The notes: a model not told the origin generated them from the sequence alone. DNA of 64,000 nucleotides from an uncultured Actinomycetota bacterium (GCA_963743915.1 CAVURN010000002.1:672001-736000); one strand, 5' to 3'. Positions 47,949-60,972 are shown, counted from the first letter of the stretch. Translations and numbers: made by a program.

Positions 47949-48311
47949 CTATCGGGCGCGCTCAACCGTCCCGGCGTCGCCCGCGAGGTCGCCGGAGGCA
48001 ACCCGTTCCCCCGTGGCGTCCACGCCGAACAGCACCTCATACGCAGTGGGCTCGTCGACGGCGCGTGACAGGAAGGGCACCGCCCGCGTCTTCACCTGGA
48101 AGTCCCCGAGTGCCCTGCGGTAGTGGCCGACAGTCCCCCATCGCGCTGTCAGGGACCAGAGGGTCGGGTCGTCCGACGCCCGTCCAACGTCCACGCCGGC
48201 GCACCCGGGGAACGACGCGAGCAACCGCGCCACCTCGGCGGCCTCGACGCCGAACGCGTCGGCAGAGTCCACCGGGACGACGAACCGCATCACCACCACC
48301 CAGTCGGTCAC
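47949..48311 (-). CDS. Antibiotic biosynthesis monooxygenase-like protein
   Basis: [26 protein letters not shown]. Confidence 0.75.
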   Translation of the reverse strand: MTDWVVVMRFVVPVDSADAFGVEAAEVARLLASFPGCAGVDVGRASDDPTLWSLTARWGTVGHYRRALGDFQVKTRAVPFLSRAVDEPTAYEVLFGVDATGERVASGDLAGDAGTVERAR

Positions 48312-48374
48312 CCGCCCATCCTGGCGCAACGCCCCGGCCGCGCTCGCTCGCCGCCCATCGGCCACCATGGACCC

Positions 48375-48662
48375 ATGTCCGACGACCACACCCCGTCCGC
48401 CCTCGAACGCGCGAGCCTGCCGCTGCTGCTGGCCCTGCACCGGCTTCCGCGGTGGGCCTTCTTCCTCGTCATCGGCGGACTGCTGCTCGCCGGCCTGTTC
48501 CTCGAGAACGCGGTGGGCGGCGTCCTCCTGCTCGTGCTGGCGGTGCTCCTCGGCTGGCTCGGGGCCGTGGGCTGGTCGCACCTCACCGCGGCAGGGCGGC
48601 TGCTCCGCCTGCTCACGGTCGGACTGCTCGTCTTCGCCGGGGTGACCCGGATCGTCGCCTGA
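48375..48662 (+). CDS. DUF6703-like membrane protein
   Basis: ERASLPLLLALHRLPRW; three TM segments. Confidence 0.7.
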   Translation: MSDDHTPSALERASLPLLLALHRLPRWAFFLVIGGLLLAGLFLENAVGGVLLLVLAVLLGWLGAVGWSHLTAAGRLLRLLTVGLLVFAGVTRIVA

Positions 48663-48668
48663 CCCCAT

Positions 48669-48686
48669 TTGACAATGATTCCCATT
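48669..48686 (+). promoter_or_regulatory. Zur box
   Basis: TTGACAATGATTCCCATT just upstream of znuA, in an operon ending in zur. Confidence 0.7.
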
Positions 48687-48703
48687 CCCGTGAGGGTGGG
48701 GTC

Positions 48704-49591
48704 ATGTTCCCCCCTCGCGCGGTCACGGCGCTGGCTGCCGGCGCGCTCGCGAGTGCGCTGGCCCTGACCGCCTGCAGCCAGGACGGCGCTGACGCCTCCC
48801 CGTCGGTCGTGGTCAGCTTCTACCCCCTGCAGTTCGTGGTCGAGAACCTGGTCGGGGACGCCGCCACCGTCACCAACCTGACCGCGCCGGGAGTCGAGCC
48901 GCACGACCTCGAGCTGACCCCTCAGTCGGTCGGTGACGTGGCCGACGCCGACCTTGTGGTGTACCTGTCCGGGTTCCAGCCCGCCGTCGACGACGCCGTC
49001 GACGGACAGGCCACGGCTTCGCTCGACGTCGCCGATGCGGCAGACCTCAGCCTCACCACGGCGGGCGGCACCCTCGACCCCCACTTCTGGCTGGACCCGA
49101 ACCGTCTGGCCGCAGTGGCGGACGCCACTGCGACCAGCCTCGTGGACCAGGGCATCCTCGACGCCGACACCGCGAGAGCCAACCTGGTTGCGCTCACCGA
49201 CGATCTCGACCGGCTCGACAAGGAGTTCAGCAACGGTCTGGCCGACTGCACGTCGCGCGACCTGGTGACCAGCCATGAGGCGTTCGGCTACCTCGCCGAC
49301 ACCTACGACCTGACGCAGGTCGGGATCACCGGCCTCACTCCGGAAGCCGAGCCCGACCCGCAGGACCTGGCCGCCGTCACGGCCTTCGTGAAGGAGAACG
49401 ACGTCCGCACGATCTACTACGAGACCTTGGTCAGCCCGGACGTCGCCGAGACGGTCGCCCGGGAGACCGGTGCCGACGTCGCCGTCCTCGACCCGCTCGA
49501 GGGACTGGCCGCCGACGCCGCAGGGGACGACTATCTGACGGTCATGGCGACCAACCTCACCACCTTGCGTGCCGGCCAGGACTGCCGATGA
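48704..49591 (+). CDS. znuA: Zinc ABC substrate-binding lipoprotein
   Basis: LTAC lipobox; EPHD, DPHFW, SHEAF, DPLE. Confidence 0.9.
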   Translation: MFPPRAVTALAAGALASALALTACSQDGADASPSVVVSFYPLQFVVENLVGDAATVTNLTAPGVEPHDLELTPQSVGDVADADLVVYLSGFQPAVDDAVDGQATASLDVADAADLSLTTAGGTLDPHFWLDPNRLAAVADATATSLVDQGILDADTARANLVALTDDLDRLDKEFSNGLADCTSRDLVTSHEAFGYLADTYDLTQVGITGLTPEAEPDPQDLAAVTAFVKENDVRTIYYETLVSPDVAETVARETGADVAVLDPLEGLAADAAGDDYLTVMATNLTTLRAGQDCR

Positions 49592-50373
49592 GCGTCATCG
49601 AGGTGCGAGAGGCGTCCTTCGGCTACGGCGCCGAACCCATCGTCAAAGGCGCCACCGTCACCGTCGAACGAGGCACGCTCACCGTCGTGCTGGGTGAGAA
49701 CGGTTCGGGCAAGTCCACCCTGGTCAAGGGCATGCTCGAGCTCATCCCGTTGCTGTCGGGAAGTCTTCAGCTCTTCGGCCACGAGGCGACCACGGCGGAC
49801 CGCCGACGCATCGGCTACGTGCCGCAGCGGACGACCGTCGCTGGTGGCATCCCGGTGACGGTGCGTGAACTTGTGACGTCGGGGCGGACCGCGAGCCGAC
49901 GACCCTTCGCACCGCTGCGTGCGAGCGAACGTGCTGCGGTCGACGCGGCGCTGGACGCGGTGCGGCTGCGTGACCGGGCACATGACCCGGTGTCCGCATT
50001 GAGTGGAGGGCAGCAGCGACGCGCGCTCATCGCCCGCGCTCTGGCCGGGCAGCCGGAGCTGCTCGTCATGGACGAGCCGATGGCCGGAGTCGACGCCACC
50101 AACGTCGAGCTGCTGGCCGGCGCGATGGTCGACTGGAAGCAGAGCGGAATGACCCTCGTCGTCGTGGCGCATGGGGCCGGCCCCCTCAAGCCGCTGGTCG
50201 ACCATGCCGTGGTGATGCGTCGTGGGCGGGTGGGCTACGAAGGTCCCCTCACGGACGAGCTCGACGCCGAGTACGCCGATCACATCCTCGAGGACCACCG
50301 AGACGTCCCCGGACGAATCGGCCGAGTCCCTGAAGAGCCCCACCTCGCCCCCTCGTCGAGGCGCGAGCAATGA
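49588..50373 (+). CDS. znuC: Zinc ABC ATPase
   Basis: GENGSGKS, IGYVPQ, LSGGQ, DEP. Confidence 0.9.
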   Translation: MSVIEVREASFGYGAEPIVKGATVTVERGTLTVVLGENGSGKSTLVKGMLELIPLLSGSLQLFGHEATTADRRRIGYVPQRTTVAGGIPVTVRELVTSGRTASRRPFAPLRASERAAVDAALDAVRLRDRAHDPVSALSGGQQRRALIARALAGQPELLVMDEPMAGVDATNVELLAGAMVDWKQSGMTLVVVAHGAGPLKPLVDHAVVMRRGRVGYEGPLTDELDAEYADHILEDHRDVPGRIGRVPEEPHLAPSSRREQ

Positions 50374-51326
50374 CCATTCTCGACTACGACTTCATGCAGC
50401 GCGCCCTGCTGGCCGCTCTTCTCGTGGGCATCGCGGCGCCCTCGGTCGGCGTCTACCTCGTGCAGCGCCGACTTGCGCTGATCGGTGACGGCATGGGTCA
50501 CGTGGCGCTCACTGGCGTGGCGGTCGGGGTCCTCACGGGCACCTCCCCCGTCATCACCGCTCTCATCGCTGCGGTGGCAGGTGCCGTGGTCATCGAGTGG
50601 GTGCGGCTGCGCGGCCGGACCAGCGGGGACGTGGCGCTGGCCATCCTGTTCTACGGCGGGATCGCGGGTGGGGTCGTGTTGATCGGCCTGTCCGACGGTG
50701 GCGGGTCGGCGAACCTCAACGCGTTCCTCTTCGGGTCGATCACCACGACGACACCGCAGGACCTGGTGGCCTTCGGAGTGCTCACGATCGCAGTGCTCGT
50801 GATCACGGTGGGCCTGCTGCCTCAGCTCTTCACCGCGAGCTACGACGAGGAGTTCGCCCGTGCCTCGGGACTGCCTGTCACGTGGCTCAACATGGCGCTC
50901 GCTGTGGTGGTCGCCACGACGACGGTGTTGTCCATGCGCGTCGTCGGCCTGCTGCTGTTCAGCGCGTTGATGATCGTGCCGACCGCCACGGCTCAGCTGG
51001 TGGCCCGCAGCTTCGGGAGCACGCTGGCACTGGCGATGGGGATCGGAACCGTGGTCGCCGTGACCGGGGTGGTCACGTCGTTCTACGCGAACACGCCCTC
51101 CGGCGGCACGATCGTTCTGCTCGCGATCGGGTTGTTCGCACTCACCGTGGCCGGCACCGGCATCCTGACCCGGTGGCGACGCCACGCGCGGCCGCTCGCC
51201 GAAGACCATCCGCACGAGCACGGACCGGGCTGCGGCCACGAGGCCGTTCCGCACGACGACCACGTGGACTACCTGCACGGCGACCATCGACACGCCGCGC
51301 ACGGGCCGCACTACGACGAGCACTGA
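50370..51326 (+). CDS. znuB: Zinc ABC permease with His-rich C-terminal domain
   Basis: GDGMGH, FLFGSI, VGLLL; tail HPHEHGPGCGH…HDDHVDYLH. Confidence 0.9.
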   Translation: MTILDYDFMQRALLAALLVGIAAPSVGVYLVQRRLALIGDGMGHVALTGVAVGVLTGTSPVITALIAAVAGAVVIEWVRLRGRTSGDVALAILFYGGIAGGVVLIGLSDGGGSANLNAFLFGSITTTTPQDLVAFGVLTIAVLVITVGLLPQLFTASYDEEFARASGLPVTWLNMALAVVVATTTVLSMRVVGLLLFSALMIVPTATAQLVARSFGSTLALAMGIGTVVAVTGVVTSFYANTPSGGTIVLLAIGLFALTVAGTGILTRWRRHARPLAEDHPHEHGPGCGHEAVPHDDHVDYLHGDHRHAAHGPHYDEH

Positions 51327-51340
51327 CGAGGACAGAGTTG

Positions 51341-51736
51341 ATGAGCACCTACCGACCCACACCGCAGCGCGCCGCCGTCTCGGCTGCGATGGCCGAGGTC
51401 GACGGGTTCGCCAGCGCCCAGGACGTCCACCTCGCCATGCGTGCCCAGGGATCGGCCATCGGACTCAGCACGGTCTACCGGGCGCTCCAGACGCTCGCCG
51501 ACGCCGGCGAGCTGGACGTGCTGCGCAGCGGCGACGGAGAGACGCTCTACCGACGGTGTGGACGGTCCCACCACCACCACCTGGTCTGCAGGCGTTGCGG
51601 TCGGACCAAGGAGGTCGAGGGCCCGGAGGTCGAGAGGTGGGCCGAGCACGTGGCGTCCACCCACGGCTACACCGAGGTGAGCCACACCGTGGAGGTCTTC
51701 GGCGTGTGCGGGGACTGCAGCGGTACCGTCTCGTAG
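51341..51736 (+). CDS. zur: Zinc uptake regulator (Fur family)
   Basis: GLSTVYR, HHHHLVCRRC, CGDC. Confidence 0.92.
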   Translation: MSTYRPTPQRAAVSAAMAEVDGFASAQDVHLAMRAQGSAIGLSTVYRALQTLADAGELDVLRSGDGETLYRRCGRSHHHHLVCRRCGRTKEVEGPEVERWAEHVASTHGYTEVSHTVEVFGVCGDCSGTVS

Positions 51737-51752
51737 CGTGCGAGCCCCCTCA

Positions 51753-51820
51753 TGATCGGAGCACTTCAGTCACCTACGCGCGCCGAAGATACCTCTCAAG
51801 TGACTGAGATGCTCCGATCA
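51753..51820. repeat. REP-like imperfect palindrome
   Basis: TGATCGGAGCA-CTTCAGTCAC … GTGACTGAGA-TGCTCCGATCA. Confidence 0.55.
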
Positions 51821-51834
51821 CCGGAAGGGCGGCG

Positions 51835-52623
51835 CTAGGTCAGCGGAGTCGGATCGGCTCCGCCGTAGCGGCGGTCACGGGACGCGTACTGCTCGATGGC
51901 GTTCCACAGGTGGCGGCGATCGACGTCGGGCCAGAGCACGTCCATGAAGACCAGCTCGGCGTAGGCGGACTGCCACAGCAGGAAGTTGGAGATGCGCTGC
52001 TCTCCCGAGGTGCGCACGAACAGATCGACGTCCGGCAGGTCGGGCTCGTCGAGGAACCGCGCCACCGTGCGCTCATCGACGCGTGAAGGGTCGAGACGGC
52101 CCTCGGACGCCGCCCACGCGATGGACGCGGCAGCATCGGCGATCTCGGCGCGCCCTCCGTAGTTGACGCACATCGTCAGGGTGAGGACGCTGTTGGCCCG
52201 CGTCAGACGTTCGGCTTCCTCGAGCTCGTCGATGACGCTCTTCCAGAGCCGACGCCGACGCCCCGCCCAGCGCACGCGCACGCCCATCTCGTGCATCTCG
52301 TCGCGGCGCCGCCGGATGACATCCCGATTGAAGCCCATGAGGAAGCGCACCTCGTCCGGCGAACGCTTCCAGTTCTCGGTGCTGAACGCGTAGGCGGAGA
52401 TGTGTTTGACACCGATCTCGATGGCTCCCTCGACGACGTCGAAGAGCGCCGCCTCCCCCGCCTTGTGCCCCTCCGTGCGCGGCAGACCCTTTCCCTTCGC
52501 CCAGCGACCGTTGCCGTCCATCACCACGGCGACGTGACGCGGCACGAACTCGGCGGGGATGGCCGGCGGTCTGACCCCACTGGGATGGGGGTTCGGGGGC
52601 CGTACCGGGGGCCGACGACTCAC
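51835..52623 (-). CDS. uppS: Isoprenyl (cis-prenyl) diphosphate synthase
   Basis: [34 protein letters not shown]. Confidence 0.95.
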   Translation of the reverse strand: MSRRPPVRPPNPHPSGVRPPAIPAEFVPRHVAVVMDGNGRWAKGKGLPRTEGHKAGEAALFDVVEGAIEIGVKHISAYAFSTENWKRSPDEVRFLMGFNRDVIRRRRDEMHEMGVRVRWAGRRRRLWKSVIDELEEAERLTRANSVLTLTMCVNYGGRAEIADAAASIAWAASEGRLDPSRVDERTVARFLDEPDLPDVDLFVRTSGEQRISNFLLWQSAYAELVFMDVLWPDVDRRHLWNAIEQYASRDRRYGGADPTPLT

Positions 52624-53351
52624 GCCCGCTCCACCAGCCGCAACGAGCGCAGTCCCCGCTCGAGGTGCCACTGGGTGTAGGCGGCCACGATGCCCGTGCT
52701 CTGCCTCAGGTGCCGCGGATCGGCGGCGTCGACGAGCTCCCAGTCACCCGTCAGAAGCGCCGACAGGACGCCCAGCGCCTCGGCGCTCACGGTGACCGAT
52801 CCCGGCGGTCGGTCGTCGCTGCAGACCGATCCTCCGGCCTCGACCGACAACCACCGGTGCGGGCCGGAGGCTCCGCATCGGGTGCAGTCCTCGAAACTGG
52901 CCGCGTATCCGGCGACGGCCAAGGAGCGCAGCAGGTAGGCGTCCAGAACGGCACCAGGCTGGTGCTCACCGGCTGCAAGGGCGCGCAGCCCACCCACCAG
53001 CAGCAGGTACTGCTGCACCGCAGGCTCCTTCTCGGCGTCAGTGAGCCGCTCCGCGGTCTCGAGCATCGCCGTACCCGCGGTGTAACGGCCGTAGTCGGAC
53101 GCGATGTCCGCGCCGTAGGCGTCCAGCGACTCGACCTGCGTGACGATGTCGAGCGACCGGCCGGTGTGGAACTGCACGTCGATGCGTGTGAAAGGTTCGA
53201 GACGCGACCCGAACTTCGAGGTGGTGCGGCGTACCCCTTTGCCCACCGCGCGCACGCGGCCGTGGTTGCGCGTGAGCACCGTGACGATGCGGTCCGCCTC
53301 ACCCAGCTTCTGGGTGCGCAGCACCACGCCCTCGTCCCGGTACAGGCTCAC
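52620..53351 (-). CDS. recO: DNA repair protein RecO
   Basis: LGEADRI, KGVRR.SKFG.RLEP; zinc-finger remnant. Confidence 0.95.
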   Translation of the reverse strand: MSLYRDEGVVLRTQKLGEADRIVTVLTRNHGRVRAVGKGVRRTTSKFGSRLEPFTRIDVQFHTGRSLDIVTQVESLDAYGADIASDYGRYTAGTAMLETAERLTDAEKEPAVQQYLLLVGGLRALAAGEHQPGAVLDAYLLRSLAVAGYAASFEDCTRCGASGPHRWLSVEAGGSVCSDDRPPGSVTVSAEALGVLSALLTGDWELVDAADPRHLRQSTGIVAAYTQWHLERGLRSLRLVERA

Positions 53352-53418
53352 CGGAACATTCTCCCCCGAAGGGGGGCCGGGTGTGGCCGTCGGCCCGGCG
53401 AGTCGACAAGATCGTGCC

Positions 53419-54225
53419 GTGACCACTGAGTTGATGCACCGGATCGAGCAGTACCTCGACGCCGTTCCCCGTGCTCGCGCCGATGCAGAGCAGGTCGGCC
53501 CGTTCACCCTCTTCCGCAGCCGGATCCGCTGGCCGTTCTATGCCCGCCCCTCCCTGGGGTGGACCCCGGGCCACGTGACGGCCGACGACGTCAAGGCCAT
53601 CCGCGACTACCAGTGCGAGCTCGGCCTGCCCGAGAACTTCGAGTGGGTCGCAGAGATCGCGCCCGACCTGGCCACCGCCTGCCGTGACGCCGGCCTGCAG
53701 GTCACCGAGCACCCTCTTCTCGTGCACCACGACCCGCTCGCCGTGCCGGTCCCGGATGGGATCCGTATCCGGCGACTCGACGCTGACGACGACGCCGTTC
53801 CCGCCGGCCAGGTGGTCGCGCAGCTCGGGTTCGCGGCGTCCGGCACTGACGTCGGAGACGCCGGCCCGGCCGAGCGGGACGCCGCACTGCGAGAGCGGCC
53901 GCGAGAGGCGGCCGACGACCTGCGCAGCCTGATCCGCGACGGCTTGTCGGTGTACGTGGTCGCGGAGGACGAGCACGGGGTCCTCTGCGCGGGGGGCCAC
54001 AACCCGGTCGGCGCCGTCACCGAGATCGTCGGGATCGCCACCCTGCCCAGCGCCCGGCGAAGGGGGCTCGGCGCTGCCGTCACGGACACCCTCGTGGCGG
54101 ACGCCGTGCGGCGCGGCATCGAGGTGATCTTCCTCAGCGCCGACGACGAGACGGTCGCCCGGGTGTACGAACGCGTCGGATTCCGTCGGATCGGGACCGC
54201 CTGCGCCGCCGAGCCGCCGGACTAG
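53419..54225 (+). CDS. GNAT N-acetyltransferase
   Basis: [20 protein letters not shown]. Confidence 0.85.
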   Translation: MTTELMHRIEQYLDAVPRARADAEQVGPFTLFRSRIRWPFYARPSLGWTPGHVTADDVKAIRDYQCELGLPENFEWVAEIAPDLATACRDAGLQVTEHPLLVHHDPLAVPVPDGIRIRRLDADDDAVPAGQVVAQLGFAASGTDVGDAGPAERDAALRERPREAADDLRSLIRDGLSVYVVAEDEHGVLCAGGHNPVGAVTEIVGIATLPSARRRGLGAAVTDTLVADAVRRGIEVIFLSADDETVARVYERVGFRRIGTACAAEPPD

Positions 54226-54274
54226 TTCCCGCCGAATGCGTGCCTGCTGGACGCACTCTGCCCGGTGTGAGCAG

Positions 54275-56116
<1,842 letters not shown>

Positions 56117-56188
56117 CCCGACGAGTGTACCCCAGCGGCTCCGGCGCGCATCGACCCTCGGCACGCCGTCCTGGGCTACCGTCGGCGC

Positions 56189-57388
56189 ATGAGTGGTTCG
56201 ACCAGGTCGGCGGACGCCACCGCGCCGCGCGACACCTCCGCCCGCCGCACCGCGCGTGTGGTGGCGGCCACTGTCAGCGACCCCCGGCTGATCCGCACCG
56301 TCGCGTTGGCCGTCATCGGGGTCGTGCTGTTCCTCGAGGTCTTCCACTGGCTCTTCTTCGGCATCCGGCACCTGCTCTTCCTCCTGCTGCTGGCCTGGCT
56401 GTTCGCGATCGCCATGGAGCCGGCTGTCGGCTGGCTCGCCCGCCGAGGGATGCGCCGAGGCGGAGCCACCGGGCTGGTGATGCTCGGCCTGTTCCTGGCG
56501 GTGGTCGCGTTCTCGGCCGTCTTCGGGGCGATCTTCATCGAGCAGGTGGTCAACCTGGTGCAGGCGCTGCCGAGCAACCTCGAGATCCTGATCAACTGGG
56601 TGAACCGGACGTTCAGCACCAACTTCGACCCCACCCAGCTCATCGACGGACTCGAGATCACGCAGGAGCGGGTCGCCGACTGGGCGTCCAAGATCGGTCT
56701 GGGTCTCTTCGGGATCTTCACCTCGCTCGTCGGCGTGGTGTTCGACCTGTTCACGGTGCTGCTCTTCGCCTTCTACTTCTCGGCTCAGGGTCCGGCTCTG
56801 CGGCGCACGGTGGCGTCCTGGGTGCCGCAGAAGAGCCAGCGCGTCGTCAACAAGGTGTGGGAGATCGCGATCGAGAAGACCGGCGGCTACGTCGTGTCGC
56901 GCCTGCTGCTGGCCCTCTTCTCGGCGTTCTTCACCTCGCTCTTCCTGCTCATCCTCGACGTCCCCTTCTGGCTGCCGCTCGGCATCTTCTGTGGTGTGGT
57001 GTCGCAGTTCATCCCCACTCTCGGCACCTACATCGGTGGCGCACTGCCGGCGCTGTTCGCCTTCAGCAGCTCGGTGGTGGACGGGATCCTCGTCATCGTC
57101 TTCGTCATCGTCTACCAGCAGATCGAGAACTACTTCTTCTCGCCTCGCATCAGCAACCGCACGATGAACATCCACCCGGCAGTCGCCTTCGGAGCCGTGA
57201 TCGTCGGTGGAGCACTCGCAGGCGCACTCGGCGCACTGATCGCCATCCCGATCGTCGCCAGCATCCAGGCGATCATCGAGACCTACGGTCGCCGGTACGA
57301 GCTCATCCCCGAGATCGTGCACCACCCCGACGACCCGGACGCGCCTCCCCCACCCGAGGGGATGGTGGACGAGCCCACTCCCGCGTGA
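56189..57388 (+). CDS. AI-2E family transporter
   Basis: QFIPTLG, YQQIENY..PRI, IHP, GALIAIP. Confidence 0.9.
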   Translation: MSGSTRSADATAPRDTSARRTARVVAATVSDPRLIRTVALAVIGVVLFLEVFHWLFFGIRHLLFLLLLAWLFAIAMEPAVGWLARRGMRRGGATGLVMLGLFLAVVAFSAVFGAIFIEQVVNLVQALPSNLEILINWVNRTFSTNFDPTQLIDGLEITQERVADWASKIGLGLFGIFTSLVGVVFDLFTVLLFAFYFSAQGPALRRTVASWVPQKSQRVVNKVWEIAIEKTGGYVVSRLLLALFSAFFTSLFLLILDVPFWLPLGIFCGVVSQFIPTLGTYIGGALPALFAFSSSVVDGILVIVFVIVYQQIENYFFSPRISNRTMNIHPAVAFGAVIVGGALAGALGALIAIPIVASIQAIIETYGRRYELIPEIVHHPDDPDAPPPPEGMVDEPTPA

Positions 57389-57395
57389 CCGTGGG

Positions 57396-58313
57396 TCAGT
57401 CGAAGCCGAGGCGGCGTAGCTGCTTGGGGTCGCGCTGCCAGTCCTTGGCCACCTTCACGTGCAGGTCGAGGAAGATCGGGACGCCGAGCAGCTGCTCGAT
57501 GTTCCGTCGCGCGGTCTTGCCGACGTCTCGCAGCCGTGATCCCTTGTGCCCGATGATGATCGCCTTCTGACTGGATCGTTCGACGTACACGGTGGCGCGC
57601 ACGTCGGTCAGGGGTCTGTCGGCGGGACGTCCTTCACGCGGCACCATCTCGTCGACGACGACGGCGATCGAGTGGGGCAGCTCGTCGCGGACGCCCTCCA
57701 GAGCCGCCTCACGGATGAGCTCGGCCACCCGGATGTCCTCCGGCTCGTCGGTCACCTGCCCCTCCGGGAAGAACGCCTCGCCCTCCGGCAGCAGGCCGAT
57801 CAGCAGGTCGATGAGCAGATCGACCTGGTCACCGGTCAGGGCGGAGACGGGGACCACCTCGTCCCACGTGAAGCCGTTCTGTTCAGCGAGTTCCGCCACC
57901 GCGGCGAGGTGGGCGAGCATCTGCTCAGGACGCACGAGGTCCGCCTTGGTGACGACTGCCACCTTCGGCGCGCGCTGCATGCGCGCCGCCTCAGCGGTGA
58001 CACGTCGGTCGCCTGGACCGATCTCCTCGTCGGCAGGCAGGGTCACGGCGATCACGTCGACGTCGGTCAGGGCATGCCGCACCTCGTCGTTGAGACGTTG
58101 GCCGAGCAAGGTGCGGGGCTTGTGCAGGCCCGGCGTGTCCACCAGGACGAGCTGCCCACCCGCGCGATGGACCACTCCGCGGATGACGTGCCGCGTGGTC
58201 TGGGGGCGACTCGAGGTGATGGCCACCTTCTCGCCAGTCAGGGCGTTGACCAACGTCGACTTGCCGGTGTTCGGGCGTCCCACCACCGAGACCAGCCCCG
58301 ACCGATAGCTCAC
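57396..58313 (-). CDS. era: GTPase Era
   Basis: GRPNTGKS, PQTTR, DTPG, TKAD; KH domain. Confidence 0.97.
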   Translation of the reverse strand: MSYRSGLVSVVGRPNTGKSTLVNALTGEKVAITSSRPQTTRHVIRGVVHRAGGQLVLVDTPGLHKPRTLLGQRLNDEVRHALTDVDVIAVTLPADEEIGPGDRRVTAEAARMQRAPKVAVVTKADLVRPEQMLAHLAAVAELAEQNGFTWDEVVPVSALTGDQVDLLIDLLIGLLPEGEAFFPEGQVTDEPEDIRVAELIREAALEGVRDELPHSIAVVVDEMVPREGRPADRPLTDVRATVYVERSSQKAIIIGHKGSRLRDVGKTARRNIEQLLGVPIFLDLHVKVAKDWQRDPKQLRRLGFD

Positions 58314-58335
58314 CGGGTGATCCTAGGCTGCCCCC

Positions 58336-58824
58336 ATGCAGATCCGTCCCGCCACCGCCGCCGACTGGCCGGCCATCTTCCCGATCTTCCACGCCATCGT
58401 CGAGGCCGGTGAGACGTACGCCTACCCCACCGGGCTCAGCTCGGACGCGGCACGGGACCTGTGGCTGGAGCCTGCCCCCTGGCACGTCGTGGTCGCCGTC
58501 GATGACGACGGAAGGGTCCTCGGGACGGCCAAGGCAGGTCCCAACCGCCCGGCGCGGGGATCCCACGTCGCCACGGCGAGCTTCATGGTCGATCCCGGTG
58601 CACAGGGCGGCGGGGTGGGCCGCACCTTGGCGGTCCACGTCGTCGACTGGGCCACCCGAGCCGGGTACCACGGGATGCAGTTCAACGCGGTCGTCGAGAC
58701 GAACACGGCCGCGGTGGCACTCTGGCAGTCGCTCGGCTTCGAGGTCATCGGCACCGTGCCCGAGGCCTTCGACCACCCGACGGCTGGCCTCGTCGGGCTG
58801 CACGTCATGTATCTGCGGCTCTAG
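58336..58824 (+). CDS. GNAT N-acetyltransferase
   Basis: SHVATASFMV, MQFNAVVETN, LWQSLGF. Confidence 0.88.
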   Translation: MQIRPATAADWPAIFPIFHAIVEAGETYAYPTGLSSDAARDLWLEPAPWHVVVAVDDDGRVLGTAKAGPNRPARGSHVATASFMVDPGAQGGGVGRTLAVHVVDWATRAGYHGMQFNAVVETNTAAVALWQSLGFEVIGTVPEAFDHPTAGLVGLHVMYLRL

Positions 58825-58878
58825 CCATCGGTCGAACCGGTCCTGGTGCAGACGCGGACGCACCGGGCGGGCGTGGTG

Positions 58879-59217
58879 TCATGTCCGGGACGCGTGCACC
58901 GCACCCTGAGCGTCCACGGCGAGCACGCGCACCCCGACGCCCCCCAGGTCACGGACCGCCGCCGCCCCGTCGGCGTCCACTCCACCGTCGTCGACGACGA
59001 GAAGGGCTGCCTCCACCCCCCGCGCTCCAGCGGCGACGGCCTGCGCGACCGCCGCCTGCAGGGCCGACAGGTGGAGCGAGGGCAGCGTCACCGAGGCGGA
59101 CGCGTAGGTGCGCCCGGTCTCGTCACGGAGCGCAGCACCCTCAGGAGCACCGACGCGACCGCGCGCGCCCCGGGCCAGCGTGAGCAGCTTCTCGTCCTCG
59201 GCGTCCAGCTCAGTCAT
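58879..59217 (-). CDS. Cytidine deaminase-like protein lacking zinc motifs
   Basis: GAALRDETGRTY; position between the CBS/hemolysin gene and era; no CAE or PCxxC. Confidence 0.75.
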   Translation of the reverse strand: MTELDAEDEKLLTLARGARGRVGAPEGAALRDETGRTYASASVTLPSLHLSALQAAVAQAVAAGARGVEAALLVVDDGGVDADGAAAVRDLGGVGVRVLAVDAQGAVHASRT

Positions 59218-60526
59218 CGCCGTCTCCCTCCGGGCCTTCCTGCGGCGGCAGCTCCAGCGGCGTCACCAGCACCGTCCCGACCCGGTTACGTCGTCCGGTG
59301 GCTGACTCGGCGACAAGACGCAGACCCGACACGTCGACCGTGGCTCCGGGGATCGGCACCCGGCCGAGCCGCTTGGCCAACAGCCCGCCCACGGTGTCGA
59401 CGTCCTCGAGGTCCTCGGGGTCGAGCACCAGGTCGTAGTGGTCGGCCAGCTCGTCGACGTGCACCCGCGAGCTGACCCGCAGCGCTCCGTCGGGGAGCTC
59501 CTCGATGGCGGGACGCTCAGTGACGTCGTACTCGTCGGCGATCTCGCCCACGATCTCCTCGAGGATGTCTTCGATGGTGACGAGTCCGGCAACACCCCCG
59601 TACTCGTCGACCACCACAGCGATGTGGGTGCGTCTTGCCTGCATGTCACGCAGCAGGTCGTCGGCGGAGCGACTGTCAGGGACGAAGAAGGCCGATCGCA
59701 TGACGGATTCGACCTTCTCGGTCGACTCCGCGTCACGGTGGTCGAACGCCCGCTTGGCGACGTCCTTGAGGTAGACGATCCCCACGACATCGTCCTCGTT
59801 GTCACCGATGACGGGGATGCGGCTGAACCCGCTGCGCAACCCGAGGGAGAGTGCCTGACGCAAGGTCTTGTGGCGCTCGATGAAGACCATGTCGGTCCGC
59901 GGCACCATCACCTCTCGGGCCAGCGTCTCTCCCAGCTCGAACACCGAGTGGATCATCTCGCGTTCGTCCGCGGCGATCAGCGACCGCTCCTCGGCCAGGT
60001 CGACCAGGTCCCGCAGCTCAGCCTCACTGGCGAACGGTCCGTCGCGGAAGCCACGCCCCGGCGTCAGGGCGTTGCCGATCAGGATCAGCAGCTTGGTGAG
60101 TGGCGCAAGCACCGTGGCAAGTCGGTAGACGGTCGGCGCGGTGACCAGGGCGATGCGCGCGGCATGCTGGCGACCCAAGGTCCTGGGTGCCACGTTGACC
60201 ACGACGTAGTCGACGACGACCATCACCGATGCCGAGACGAGCACCGCCTGCCAACGGTCAGCAAAGGCATCAAGTGCGACGAGCGTCACGAGAATGGTCG
60301 CGGTGATGCGCGCGACCGCCCGCAGGAAGAGCGCGACGTTGATGTAGCGCGCGGGGTCGAGAACCACGCGTCGCAACGCCTCGGCACCGCGCCGCTCCGC
60401 ACGTTCGTAGGCCTCGACGCTCACCCTCGACACCCGGTTGATCGCCACGTCGGCAGCGGACAGCACACCTGCCACCGCCACCAGCGCCGTGGCAGCGACC
60501 AGCAGCCAGAAGTCGGTGGCCGTCAC
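59210..60526 (-). CDS. HlyC/CorC (CNNM-CBS) family protein
   Basis: [31 protein letters not shown]. Confidence 0.92.
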   Translation of the reverse strand: MTATDFWLLVAATALVAVAGVLSAADVAINRVSRVSVEAYERAERRGAEALRRVVLDPARYINVALFLRAVARITATILVTLVALDAFADRWQAVLVSASVMVVVDYVVVNVAPRTLGRQHAARIALVTAPTVYRLATVLAPLTKLLILIGNALTPGRGFRDGPFASEAELRDLVDLAEERSLIAADEREMIHSVFELGETLAREVMVPRTDMVFIERHKTLRQALSLGLRSGFSRIPVIGDNEDDVVGIVYLKDVAKRAFDHRDAESTEKVESVMRSAFFVPDSRSADDLLRDMQARRTHIAVVVDEYGGVAGLVTIEDILEEIVGEIADEYDVTERPAIEELPDGALRVSSRVHVDELADHYDLVLDPEDLEDVDTVGGLLAKRLGRVPIPGATVDVSGLRLVAESATGRRNRVGTVLVTPLELPPQEGPEGDGDD

Positions 60527-60972
60527 CGAGCCGCCCACCCACTCAGCAGACGTGCCTGGAGCCCGAACATCTCGCGCTCCTCCTCCGGCTCGTGGTGGTC
60601 GTAGCCCAACAGGTGGAGAACGCCGTGCGCGCAGAGCAGTCGCAGCTCGGCGGCAGTGTCGTGGCCGGCATCCCGCGCTTGGGACGTCGCGATCGTCGGG
60701 CACAGGACGACGTCACCCAAGAGCCCGGGCTCCGATCCGTCCTCGTCCTCGAGCGGGCGAAGGTCGTCCATGGGGAAGGCCAGGACGTCGGTCGGACCGG
60801 GCTCGCCCATGAACTTCTCGTGCAGAGAGGTCATCGTTCCCTCGTCCACGAGCATCACCGACAGCTCGGCTTGAGGATGGATCCCCATCTCGTCGAGCAC
60901 GTACTGGGCGAGGGCAGAGAGCTCGAGCTCGTCGACTGCGGACCCCGACTCGTTGTTGACCGCCACCGTCAT
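60523..60972 (-). CDS. ybeY: rRNA maturation RNase YbeY
   Basis: [18 protein letters not shown]. Confidence 0.95.
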   Translation of the reverse strand: MTVAVNNESGSAVDELELSALAQYVLDEMGIHPQAELSVMLVDEGTMTSLHEKFMGEPGPTDVLAFPMDDLRPLEDEDGSEPGLLGDVVLCPTIATSQARDAGHDTAAELRLLCAHGVLHLLGYDHHEPEEEREMFGLQARLLSGWAAR

